64,000 nucleotides of DNA. Origin: an uncultured Spirochaetota bacterium. GTDB lineage: Bacteria; Spirochaetota; Brevinematia; Brevinematales; JAOACQ01. Each line of letters begins with the position of its first letter. The first letter of the stretch is position 1. The stretch covers positions 160,001-224,000 of the forward strand of contig CAVYGN010000002.1 of NCBI GenBank assembly GCA_963768055.1, written 5' to 3'. The position numbers and the translations under genes are program-made. The notes beneath the pieces were generated by a model. That model was not told the origin of the DNA, made no database searches, and saw nothing but the letters and a program-made list of their open reading frames with translations. Positions 37,381 to 47,559 of the stretch are shown piece by piece.

Positions 37381-38205
37381 ATGATGGTTTTTGAAAAAAC
37401 AGACTTATCAAACATTCTTTTAGATATGAAAGATGAAGCTTTTAATGCTTTAAACTATAAACGGGAAGAAAATGCTCATAGATTGTTTCTTTACCCCGCA
37501 ATGATGGTTCCATTAGCTCAAGAGATTATTTTAAATAAAATAAAGAACTTTATTCCTCAAAATGCAAGGGTAATTGATCCTTTTATGGGTGCTGCAACCT
37601 CTCTTGTTAGTTCAATGAAATTTGGATTTCATGTTTATGGTCAAGATATCAATCCACTTGCTATATTAATTAGTAAAGTAAAGACTGGACCATTTCTTTG
37701 TACTAAATTTAGAAATGATTTGGAGAAAATTATTGACGAAATAAAAAATGATAATAAAGAAGAAATAGAAGTTAATTTCAATAATATTGATAAATGGTTT
37801 AAAAAAGATATTCAAATTGAATTATCAAAAATAAGAAGGGCAATAAAAAAACAAAAAAATATTTTTAGTAGAAGATTTTTCTGGGTTGTTTTTGCTGAAA
37901 CAATTAGGCTAACTAGTAATGATAGGACTTCAACATATAAGTTGCATGTAAGAAGTATTGAAGATATTGAATCTCGAAAAGTCTCTCCTATTGATGAATT
38001 CATAAGAATTGGCAAAAGGAGACCAAACTATTCAGTAGATGAATTACCTAATTTGCCCCCTACTCCTTATAAAATTCTAACAAAAACTTTTAATTTTGGT
38101 ATTCAAAGGATAAAAAGATATAAATCTCCATATTCAGATGATTTATTACAAAAATTTATGCAATATTTATCAAGAAATGCTTTTGAGCATGATTTTGTAA
38201 TATAA
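37381..38205 (+). pseudogene. Truncated amino-DNA methyltransferase, apparently fused to an unrelated C-terminal fragment
   Basis: AH.LF.YPAMM and IDPFMGAATS (SAM-binding motif I) present; no SPPY/DPPY/NPPY catalytic motif; very AT-rich. Confidence 0.7.
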
Positions 38206-38226
38206 AATGATATACATCATTAAAAT

Positions 38227-38259
38227 ATCTGTGAAAATCTGTGAAATCTGTGGTTTCAA
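38227..38259 (-). repeat. Right CACAGAT-type terminal repeat (cassette C)
   Basis: ATCTGTG-AAA-ATCTGTG-AA-ATCTGTG-GTTTCAA, the inverted partner of 37219-37250. Confidence 0.75.
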
Positions 38260-38288
38260 CTTGTTTTATAGAGTAAAAAAGAGTATAA

Positions 38289-39953
<1,665 letters not shown>

Positions 39954-39959
39954 GCAGGT

Positions 39960-41408
39960 ATGAAATCCACAAAAATCGTCGCAACTATCGGCCCGAGTTC
40001 CAGTTCTCCTGAAATTATCAGGGCGCTTATGTCCGAAGGCGCCGATGTTTTCAGATTGAATTTCTCGCATGGAACTCTTGAAGACCACCTGAGAACCCTC
40101 AAGATCATAAGCGAGGCTTCAGGCGATCTCGAAAAAACGGCGGCTGTGTTTCAGGACCTGCAGGGTCCCAAGATACGCGTCGGATCCATAAACGGCGGTA
40201 CACTCCAGCTTAACGACGGCGAGACGCTTATCCTTTCCCCGGAACCGGTCGAAGGGGGCGTCTTTGAAGGAATTAAAAAAGTTTCCATCGATTATGCCGG
40301 TCTGAAGAATGAGGCCAACCCGGGAGACAGGATATTGATGGATGACGGCCTGCTGGAAATCAAGGTCGATAAAATCGATGAAGGTTCAATTTATACTACT
40401 GTGGTACATGGAGGGGTTTTGAAGCCTCACAAGGGTGTAAACCTTCCTCATGTTAAGCTTTCTATTTCAGCTCTTACAGAAAAGGATAAACGCGATCTTG
40501 ATTTCGCGTTTACCCACGATCTCGATTTTGTAGCCCTTTCTTTTGTGAGGCATTCCACAGACGTCAAAGGGCTTGCTTCATTGATGCTGAAAAAATATGG
40601 AAAAAAGATCCCTATCATTTCTAAAATAGAAAAACCCGAGGCCGTGGACGATCTCGATAATATAATCGATGCGTCGGATGCTTTAATGGTGGCAAGGGGC
40701 GACCTCGGCGTTGAAACCTCCCCGCAGGAGGTCCCAATTATCCAGAAAGAGATCATACGCAAATCGAACGCCGCAGGCAAACCTGTAATAACCGCTACGC
40801 AGATGCTCGAATCCATGGTTAATAATCCCAGCCCCACCAGAGCCGAAGCGAACGATGTTGCAAACGCCATTTTCGATGGAAGCGACGCCGTCATGCTTTC
40901 CGCTGAAACCGCATCGGGGAAATACCCGGTTGAAGCGGTCAGGATGATGAAAAGCATAGCCGGTAATGTAGAAGAAAGCTGGATTTTTAAAAACACGGTC
41001 TTTAAAAAACAGGTCAATTATAAAAATTTAAAGAAAAAAACTTTCGAGGACCCTGAAGAGGCGGTAAGCTTCGCTACCGTCGAACTTTCGGGCAGGATCG
41101 GGGCAAAGTTTATAGTTACGTTTACCCATAGCGGCAGAACCGCCAGGGATATAGCAAAATACAGGCCGATCATACCTATAGTTGCTATAAGCCCCGTTGC
41201 CTCCACTGTCAGGAGGCTCATGCTTTCCTGGGGTGTTACGCCTTTCGAACTGGGAGGCGCTGCATCCGTGGACGAAATACTTGAAGGATCCGCAGAACTC
41301 CTGAAATTTAAACAGCTTGTAAAAGAGGGAGATTTTATCGTAATAACGGCGGGGGTCCCGATCGGCGTCGAGGGAGGCACCAATATGATAAAGGTAGTCA
41401 AGATTTAA
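39960..41408 (+). CDS. pyk: Pyruvate kinase
   Basis: TKIVATIGP, RLNFSHG, DLQGPKIR, KIEK, MVARGDLGVE, ATQMLESM. Confidence 0.98.
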   Translation: MKSTKIVATIGPSSSSPEIIRALMSEGADVFRLNFSHGTLEDHLRTLKIISEASGDLEKTAAVFQDLQGPKIRVGSINGGTLQLNDGETLILSPEPVEGGVFEGIKKVSIDYAGLKNEANPGDRILMDDGLLEIKVDKIDEGSIYTTVVHGGVLKPHKGVNLPHVKLSISALTEKDKRDLDFAFTHDLDFVALSFVRHSTDVKGLASLMLKKYGKKIPIISKIEKPEAVDDLDNIIDASDALMVARGDLGVETSPQEVPIIQKEIIRKSNAAGKPVITATQMLESMVNNPSPTRAEANDVANAIFDGSDAVMLSAETASGKYPVEAVRMMKSIAGNVEESWIFKNTVFKKQVNYKNLKKKTFEDPEEAVSFATVELSGRIGAKFIVTFTHSGRTARDIAKYRPIIPIVAISPVASTVRRLMLSWGVTPFELGGAASVDEILEGSAELLKFKQLVKEGDFIVITAGVPIGVEGGTNMIKVVKI

Positions 41409-41420
41409 GAGATTAAAAAC

Positions 41421-41450
41421 AAGGGGCTGCCTTTTAGAGGCAGCCCCTTT
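41421..41450. terminator. Bidirectional intrinsic terminator
   Basis: AAGGGGCTGCCT-TTTAG-AGGCAGCCCCTT between convergent genes. Confidence 0.75.
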
Positions 41451-41481
41451 CTGGATGGGAGGTTTTCGTATCGTAAGGAGT

Positions 41482-41790
41482 TTATTTCTTTTTAGTATCT
41501 TCGATCTTCAAAGCGATATTTTTACCGTCTTCAACCTTATAGGTAATCTTCACAGTGTCCCCTACTTTTACGGCTGAAATATCCTTAACCCCTTTGAACT
41601 TTGTGTCGGCGCTAACATTAAATACCGTGTCTGTTTTCTTTACAGAAATATTCAAAGTATTCGCAGAAGCGTCAACAGCAGTTACCTTGCCCCCAGCCTT
41701 TAAATCGGCTTTCTTAGTGTCACCGAACCCGATACCGGCTATGGCAGTTACTAAGAGCAAAGCCATAACCATTGTGAGAGTTTTGTTCAT
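41482..41790 (-). CDS. Small secreted OB-fold (DUF5666-like) protein
   Basis: GGAGG RBS, signal peptide, GKVTAVD, VKVGDTVKITY. Confidence 0.75.
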   Translation of the reverse strand: MNKTLTMVMALLLVTAIAGIGFGDTKKADLKAGGKVTAVDASANTLNISVKKTDTVFNVSADTKFKGVKDISAVKVGDTVKITYKVEDGKNIALKIEDTKKK

Positions 41791-41811
41791 TATATATCCT
41801 CCAAAATTTAT

Positions 41812-42240
41812 TTAATTATTATTAATGACATCTTCCTCTGAAAATTGCTCAACGACAAACTGATAGTCCTTAAGATCATTCTGCGCGGCCCTGACAGTCG
41901 CCTTCCAGTAACCGCTGTTTTTATCAAGCACCAGCGGGATCTTCTTCTTTTCTTTATTTATTGTACCGACAAGGTTTACAGATTTCTCCGATCCGGAATT
42001 GCGGTATACGAAAACTACTTTTGAAGGCTTAAATTGATAAGAAATGAACAAAACAACCATTCCTGCTATAATACAAAGGGAAGACAAACTTACAAGTTTA
42101 AATAATCGAAGGAACACAAAACTTTTCTGGATCTTCCTTTCAATATATGCAAAAACTTTATCGCGTAAATTCTCGGGTATTTCCGCAGAGAACCATTCCC
42201 TTTCTTTTTCAATCAGATTGATGATATTATCCCTTTTCAT
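41812..42240 (-). CDS. Putative anti-sigma factor with an extracytoplasmic glycogen-binding (CBM48/AMPK-beta-like) domain
   Basis: ATGA overlap with the sigma gene; one TM; V.FVY...SVNLVG..N...IPL....GYW......YQFVV. Confidence 0.6.
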   Translation of the reverse strand: MKRDNIINLIEKEREWFSAEIPENLRDKVFAYIERKIQKSFVFLRLFKLVSLSSLCIIAGMVVLFISYQFKPSKVVFVYRNSGSEKSVNLVGTINKEKKKIPLVLDKNSGYWKATVRAAQNDLKDYQFVVEQFSEEDVINNN

Positions 42241-42773
42241 AACATGGTCTCCTTACCAAGGATTTGGTATAACTTTCCTTTCGTCCTGAAAAGCTTCACC
42301 TTGACATTATCTTCACTTAAATTAACAGATTCGGCTATTTCCTTGATACTGCAATCCTCATTATATTTCATATAAATGAGCGACTTTTCAAGGCTGGAAA
42401 GTTTGTCGATAGCCTCGAACAGTATGATCTTGTCCTCAAGGCTCAAATGGTCTTTTTCGTCGAATACGATATTCTCCAGGAAATCCTCATCAACATCAGC
42501 TTTTTTATGCTTTATCCTCTTTTTTAAAAAGGTTGCGAGAATATTCATTTCAATAGCGTAAAGCCAGCTGAAAAATTTCCTCTTTTCATCGAATTTGTTT
42601 ATATAGGAAAAAACCCTCCAGAATACTTCCTGTGTGATATCCTCGGCGTCAGCCCTGTTTTTAACATGGTAGTACGCGAAAGAGAAAACCAGCTTCTTAT
42701 AGGAATCTATAAGTTTCCCGAAGGCTTCGCTATTACCTCTTTTTGCCTGTTTTATGATCTCGCTTTCATCCAT
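42237..42773 (-). CDS. ECF sigma factor (SigW-like)
   Basis: AF.KLID.Y, DAEDITQEVF, FFSWLY.I, SIKEIA......NVKVKLFR. Confidence 0.92.
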   Translation of the reverse strand: MDESEIIKQAKRGNSEAFGKLIDSYKKLVFSFAYYHVKNRADAEDITQEVFWRVFSYINKFDEKRKFFSWLYAIEMNILATFLKKRIKHKKADVDEDFLENIVFDEKDHLSLEDKIILFEAIDKLSSLEKSLIYMKYNEDCSIKEIAESVNLSEDNVKVKLFRTKGKLYQILGKETML

Positions 42774-42894
42774 AAACCTTCCTTTAAACAATTTAACGCT
42801 AGAAGTACGCTTGCCAGTAATAATATATTGATTATTATAATATACTATTTAATTTTTAGTAAGGTTACAGCAGGAAAGGAATTATTATTAAAGA

Positions 42895-43158
42895 TAATAT
42901 GCAACCCAATTTATGAAGTAAATTTTTTTACGCGCTGTATTCACAAGCTTGAACTGCAACGCTTTAAAACTGTCGCAAGCGCTGATTGAATTCTTTTTTT
43001 AATAAAGAAATTTTTTTTATAAATATGGGATTATTAAAATATAACGAGCAGCCTCAGTTAAGCGCTTGCTCCAGTTTTTCAGCGGCAGTTCTTACACTTG
43101 CTCATAACGCGCGTAAAAAAATTAACTTCAAATAACCTACATATTGTCTTTAATTCGG
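42895..43158 (+). repeat. Long imperfect hairpin element H3
   Basis: 42914-42935 pairs with 43109-43130 (one mismatch). Confidence 0.8.
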
Positions 43159-43206
43159 AAGGGATGGGATTGAGACTTTCTGGATGCTGATTTTCGATGG
43201 CAGTAA

Positions 43207-43316
43207 TGTCATTTGGAGGAGCGAAGCTCCGAGAAATCTTGCGATGGGAAAGATTTCTCCCCGCCCTGATGGGGCGAGATAAACCCTTACAGGATAAACA
43301 CTGCATTCGAAATGAC
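43207..43316. repeat. REP-like palindrome R3
   Basis: GTCATTT...GAGAAATCTT..AAGATTTCTC...AAATGAC. Confidence 0.75.
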
Positions 43317-43359
43317 GAAATTAACAAGACTGCAAAATGGCAAGTTATTGCTTTTTCCA

Positions 43360-43613
43360 GCCGATTCAAATACTATATTTTTTTGAAACAATTTTTTTGC
43401 GAGCTCTTACGAAGAATGCATAAGAGCTGCCGACGAAAAACGGCAGAGCCCCGCCTTCATTAATATTATTTTTTTAATTTTTTACTAAAATTAAAAAAAT
43501 TAAAATAAAGAGGGCGGGACAGTCGTTTTGTGTCGATGCAGCTCAAGCATTCGAGTTAAGCTCGCTAAAAAAATTGTTTCATTAATAAGCCCGTATGTTG
43601 TTTGAACGGCCCC
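43360..43613 (-). repeat. Long imperfect hairpin element H4 (reverse orientation)
   Basis: 43384-43405 pairs with 43559-43581; GGGGCCGTTCAAACAA start on the minus strand resembles H2. Confidence 0.75.
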
Positions 43614-43686
43614 TTTTGACGAACAATTTTATTTTGATTATTTTAAATTAGAATAAATAAGCGATCCGCATTGATGGAGGTATAAG

Positions 43687-44775
43687 ATGAATAATCTGAA
43701 AAAGATTTCCGTTTATATCGCATTACTTCCCCTTTTCTTTGGATGCGGTATGACAATTGTAAAAAACGACGATCTGGCAAAACTTCAAACGAACAACAGC
43801 AATTTGATAACCGAAAATCAGGGTTTAAAGGACGACCTTCAGTCTCAGAAAGACCAGGTAGCCTCCCTGACAGCGGAAAACGACAGTTTCAAGCACCTGA
43901 TCGATTCGACAAAGGACAATCTCGGAAAACAGATCGATGAACAGAAATCGGCTAACAGCAATCTTACACTAGAAAATAAAGATTTACAAAAAGAAATTGA
44001 CGCCCAGAAAAGCCAGATATCTTCTCTGCAGGACGCCAGGGATACCCTTCAGAAGCAGCTGGACTCCCTTTCCATGGAAATCACGAACCTGAGCAATATG
44101 GTTGATTCGACAAAGGGGAATTTAGGGGCGCAGATAGATAGTATGAAGGCCGATATTAAAACAAGAGACCAGACAATCGACTCACTTACCGGGGAGATCA
44201 GCAATAAGAATGCAGATATTGCCTCATTGAGGCAAAATATCAAAGATATTTCAGCTGAAAAGGACAAGCTTTTAACCCAAAAAGATATCGAGATGTCAAA
44301 CCTGGCAATGACTTCCACAAACCTCATAAAACAGATGCAGGATGTTATCAATTCCGGCGATTTGAAGATCCGGCAATTAGGAAATGAGCTTAATATTGAT
44401 TTCAAGGATAAGATATTTTTCGACCTTGGAAGCGCGGATATCAGGAATAACGGCAAGAAGGTTTTGAACGAACTGGTCAATGTCCTTAAAACCGTCAAGG
44501 ACAGGCAGATAAGGGTCGAAGGCTATACCGATAATGTACCTATATCAGACCAGTATAAATGGAAATTCCCCTCCAACTGGGAACTTTCAACTTTAAGGGC
44601 GACGACTATCGTTCGGTATCTTCAGTCAAGAGGGGTCGATCCCTCTTTGATGAAAGCGACAGGTTACGGCGAGTTTAATCCCATAGCGCCGAATGACACT
44701 GAGGCTAACCGCGCTCAGAACAGAAGGATAGTCATTCTTCTCGTACCGCTGGACGAAAGAGCGCGATTTAAATGA
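43687..44775 (+). CDS. Coiled-coil lipoprotein with an OmpA/MotB peptidoglycan-binding domain
   Basis: Lipobox FFGC; heptad repeats; IFFDLGSA, VEGYTDN, SNWELSTLRA, NRAQNRRI. Confidence 0.9.
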   Translation: MNNLKKISVYIALLPLFFGCGMTIVKNDDLAKLQTNNSNLITENQGLKDDLQSQKDQVASLTAENDSFKHLIDSTKDNLGKQIDEQKSANSNLTLENKDLQKEIDAQKSQISSLQDARDTLQKQLDSLSMEITNLSNMVDSTKGNLGAQIDSMKADIKTRDQTIDSLTGEISNKNADIASLRQNIKDISAEKDKLLTQKDIEMSNLAMTSTNLIKQMQDVINSGDLKIRQLGNELNIDFKDKIFFDLGSADIRNNGKKVLNELVNVLKTVKDRQIRVEGYTDNVPISDQYKWKFPSNWELSTLRATTIVRYLQSRGVDPSLMKATGYGEFNPIAPNDTEANRAQNRRIVILLVPLDERARFK

Positions 44776-44782
44776 GGCTGTT

Positions 44783-45619
44783 ATGAAAGTAGGCTTGATA
44801 TTGATGATAGCGTTTATATTTTCAACCTGCTTTCTGTTTTCACAGGATGTCAATGTTATACTTACCAACGGCACTATAATAAAGGGAAACATGATAGGAA
44901 AAACCGCCGATTCAATAGTGATAGAGGGAAAAGACAATAAGGCTCAAGCTATAAATATAACAGAGATACAGGCTGTTTTTGACGCCGCAAACGGTAATCA
45001 GATCGATCTGTCGCCCGCACCGGTCATACAGGAAAGGTCTGCCGTTTACCGCCCCAGAGAACCCCTGCTGAACGGCCCTAAGAATGCTTTTGCTTTAGAT
45101 CTTATCGATCTTGCTTTAGGGTCTGTAAGAGTTTCATATGAACATTCTTTATCGGACTGGTTTTCATTGAAAGCAGAAGGGGCGTACAGCCCTAACTATT
45201 TCTGGTACAACGGGATCAGTTTCTGGTCTGCGGCTTTATTCGGCAGGTTTTATTTCGGATACAGTTCATGGTATAGAAACCGGACAGGCGGTTTGACCGG
45301 GCCGTTCATCGAAGTGGGGGCAGGCGCCGAGGCCGCAACTATAAATTATTCATATTCGGATCCGTACGGATCTTACCAGATAAACGGGAATTTCCCTATA
45401 GCTCCCATGATCAGGTTCGGTTTCGGCAATAAGATCGTATTCGGAAACGGGAGCGGCATCTTTATAGAACCTCATTTCGGCTACGAGATATCACTAGGCT
45501 ATTGGAATTACAATTATACCGGTACCGGAATATATTCGGATTATTCATACGACTTCCCCTATTTTCAGGGTTTCGGAGAATCGTTCTACTATGGGCTGGA
45601 TTTCGGGTATGCGTTCTGA
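44783..45619 (+). CDS. Probable outer-membrane beta-barrel protein
   Basis: Signal peptide, aromatic/Gly-rich alternating strands, C-terminal LDFGYAF. Confidence 0.7.
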   Translation: MKVGLILMIAFIFSTCFLFSQDVNVILTNGTIIKGNMIGKTADSIVIEGKDNKAQAINITEIQAVFDAANGNQIDLSPAPVIQERSAVYRPREPLLNGPKNAFALDLIDLALGSVRVSYEHSLSDWFSLKAEGAYSPNYFWYNGISFWSAALFGRFYFGYSSWYRNRTGGLTGPFIEVGAGAEAATINYSYSDPYGSYQINGNFPIAPMIRFGFGNKIVFGNGSGIFIEPHFGYEISLGYWNYNYTGTGIYSDYSYDFPYFQGFGESFYYGLDFGYAF

Positions 45620-45897
45620 GGGCCGACCAGATTAATATGCGAACATCTCTATGAAGTAAATTTTTTTCCGCGCAGTATTCGACAGCTTGAGCCGCTAAGA
45701 CTCAAAACAGCAGCAACCGTTGATAGAATTCTTTTTTTAATAAAGAAATTTTTTATTCTCTATAAGAATGAATTAATTATAATGAGTATCTCGGATAAAC
45801 GTTTGCTATGCTGTTTTTCGCCTTGCGTCTCTACACTGTCTAATAAGGCGCGAAAAAAATTTACTTCAAATAGTGTCGTATATTGTCTTTAATTCGG
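45620..45897 (+). repeat. Long imperfect hairpin element H5
   Basis: 45652-45673 pairs with 45848-45868; begins GGGCCGACCAGAT directly after the upstream stop codon. Confidence 0.8.
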
Positions 45898-45938
45898 TGG
45901 AATAAAAAGGAAAGCAATACAACATTATTCGCTGGCTA

Positions 45939-46030
45939 TGTCATTTTGAGGAGCGAAGCGTTTATCCCCGTAGGGGGACGAGAAACCTGGCTTCGGCGAG
46001 GACACAAACACCCTTCGGGCATAAACACTT
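45939..46030. repeat. Degenerate REP-like palindrome R5
   Basis: TGTCATTTTGAGGAGCGAAGCG...GACGAGAAA...ATAAACACTTT. Confidence 0.6.
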
Positions 46031-46444
46031 TCTCATATTGTTCGATAAAAATTTATTTTCGAATAGTGGTTTTTACTACCGGTACCAGATGTACTGGCAA
46101 TCCGGAAGGATTCCAATATTTTTACAATATTATTATTTTACGTATTTGGATCATGCTCCTTCACCGAGTGCTTTTCCTGCCCCTTCTCCAACGTCCTGGC
46201 CAGCTCCGGGACTTATTTTCCGGCAGTGGCAATCTTAATTTTTAACAGTATATTTTATGGTCAAAGAAAATTCAAGTCTTTTTTTGCAATTTATTTGCAA
46301 TTTGACCAAAATACTTATTTGCCAAAGTAAGCGGATACCTGCTTTTAAAATCAAATATATTGATATTATAAAAAGGATAGCATTTTAAAAATATCTCCAC
46401 GCCTCTGTGTCTCTGTATAAATCTCCCCGTATCCCCGGTGTCCA

Positions 46445-46473
46445 TTGCCACTTTGCAGTAAAAATGCTATAAT
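46445..46473 (+). promoter_or_regulatory. sigma70 promoter directly before dus
   Basis: TTGCCA-17-TATAAT with TG extension; ATG follows 8 nt after the -10 box. Confidence 0.65.
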
Positions 46474-46481
46474 TACCCCCT

Positions 46482-47474
46482 ATGACAAACAAGGAACGGC
46501 AATACATCCACCCTGTCAGGGTTGGAAATATCGAGATACAGAATAACATCTGGCTCGCGCCCCTGGCGGGATATTCGAATAAGGCCCTGCGGCTCTTCTC
46601 TTATAAATTCGGGGCGGGATACGCTGAAACGGAGATGGTAAGCCTGGAAGGCCTGCACAGGGATAACAAACGGACCTGGAATTACCTTGACCTGGAAGGC
46701 GAATATCAAACTACCGTTCAGCTTTTCGGGAAAAATGAGCCGAAAAAATTTTATGAAGTATCGAGGATGATGCAGAAAAGGCTCCCGGTTAAAATTATCG
46801 ATATAAATTTCGGCTGCCCCGTCCGAAAGGTGATCAGGACCGGCGCCGGATCGTTTCTTTTGAATTATCCTCATATTATGGGCGATATAGTAAAAGCCCT
46901 TAAGGACAGCGGCGTAATAGTATCGGCCAAAATACGTTCCGGTTACGACAGTGAAAATCTTGAAGAAACGGTCCCTGTTCTCGATAAATCCGGGGCTGAT
47001 ATTATCATTGTTCACCCCCGCCTCGCCGTGCAGTTTTACAATGGAAAAGCCGACTGGAATAAAATATTGAAAGCCCGGCAAATGACAGGAAAACTTTTAA
47101 TAGCGAGCGGAGATATCGTGACGCCTGAAGACGCCCGGAAGGTACTCGAAACGACGGGGGCCGACGCTATTATGATCGGCCGCCGGGCTGTAGGATCGCC
47201 TTATATTTTCAAACAAATAACCGATTATCTTAAGAATGGGGTCTATTCTTCCTACACTCTTGACGATATCAAGGAAATTATGCGGCAATTCGCCGCGCTG
47301 TATACCGGCTTAATTAAAAATGACAGCATTATCCCTATAAGGTCCACTCTGATACAATACGTCAGAAATTATAAGAACTCAAAAGATGTCCGGCATAAAC
47401 TTTCTGCTATAAAAAACAGCTATGAACTTGAAAGCGTCCTCGATACATGGCAATACGATCCTGAGGATAAGTAA
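46482..47474 (+). CDS. dusB: tRNA-dihydrouridine synthase (DusB-like)
   Basis: LAPLAG, TEMVS, VQLFG, IDINFGCP, KIRSG, VHPR, GDI, MIGR. Confidence 0.9.
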   Translation: MTNKERQYIHPVRVGNIEIQNNIWLAPLAGYSNKALRLFSYKFGAGYAETEMVSLEGLHRDNKRTWNYLDLEGEYQTTVQLFGKNEPKKFYEVSRMMQKRLPVKIIDINFGCPVRKVIRTGAGSFLLNYPHIMGDIVKALKDSGVIVSAKIRSGYDSENLEETVPVLDKSGADIIIVHPRLAVQFYNGKADWNKILKARQMTGKLLIASGDIVTPEDARKVLETTGADAIMIGRRAVGSPYIFKQITDYLKNGVYSSYTLDDIKEIMRQFAALYTGLIKNDSIIPIRSTLIQYVRNYKNSKDVRHKLSAIKNSYELESVLDTWQYDPEDK

Positions 47475-47559
47475 TCCCATAGACTTGTCCTGCGGATATT
47501 TGATTAATTCTCAAAAGTATTATATATTTATCGCTATTATTCATACCCGGAGGAATGTT

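Noticed and set aside
44774..44791. GAGGCTGTTATGAAAGT as a mobile-element end (inverse of ACTTTCATAA after R1/R2)
   Set aside because: Fully explained as the RBS and first codons of gene 44783; the match is short
46130..46235. Cobalamin riboswitch (GCCACTG on the minus strand)
   Set aside because: Other core motifs are missing and no suitable downstream gene exists; this GC-richer patch remains unexplained, possibly a gene remnant
46393..46443. Degenerate ~8-nt repeats (CTCCACGC CTCTGTGT CTCTGTAT) as another cassette end
   Set aside because: Too degenerate, and no inverted partner or cargo was found
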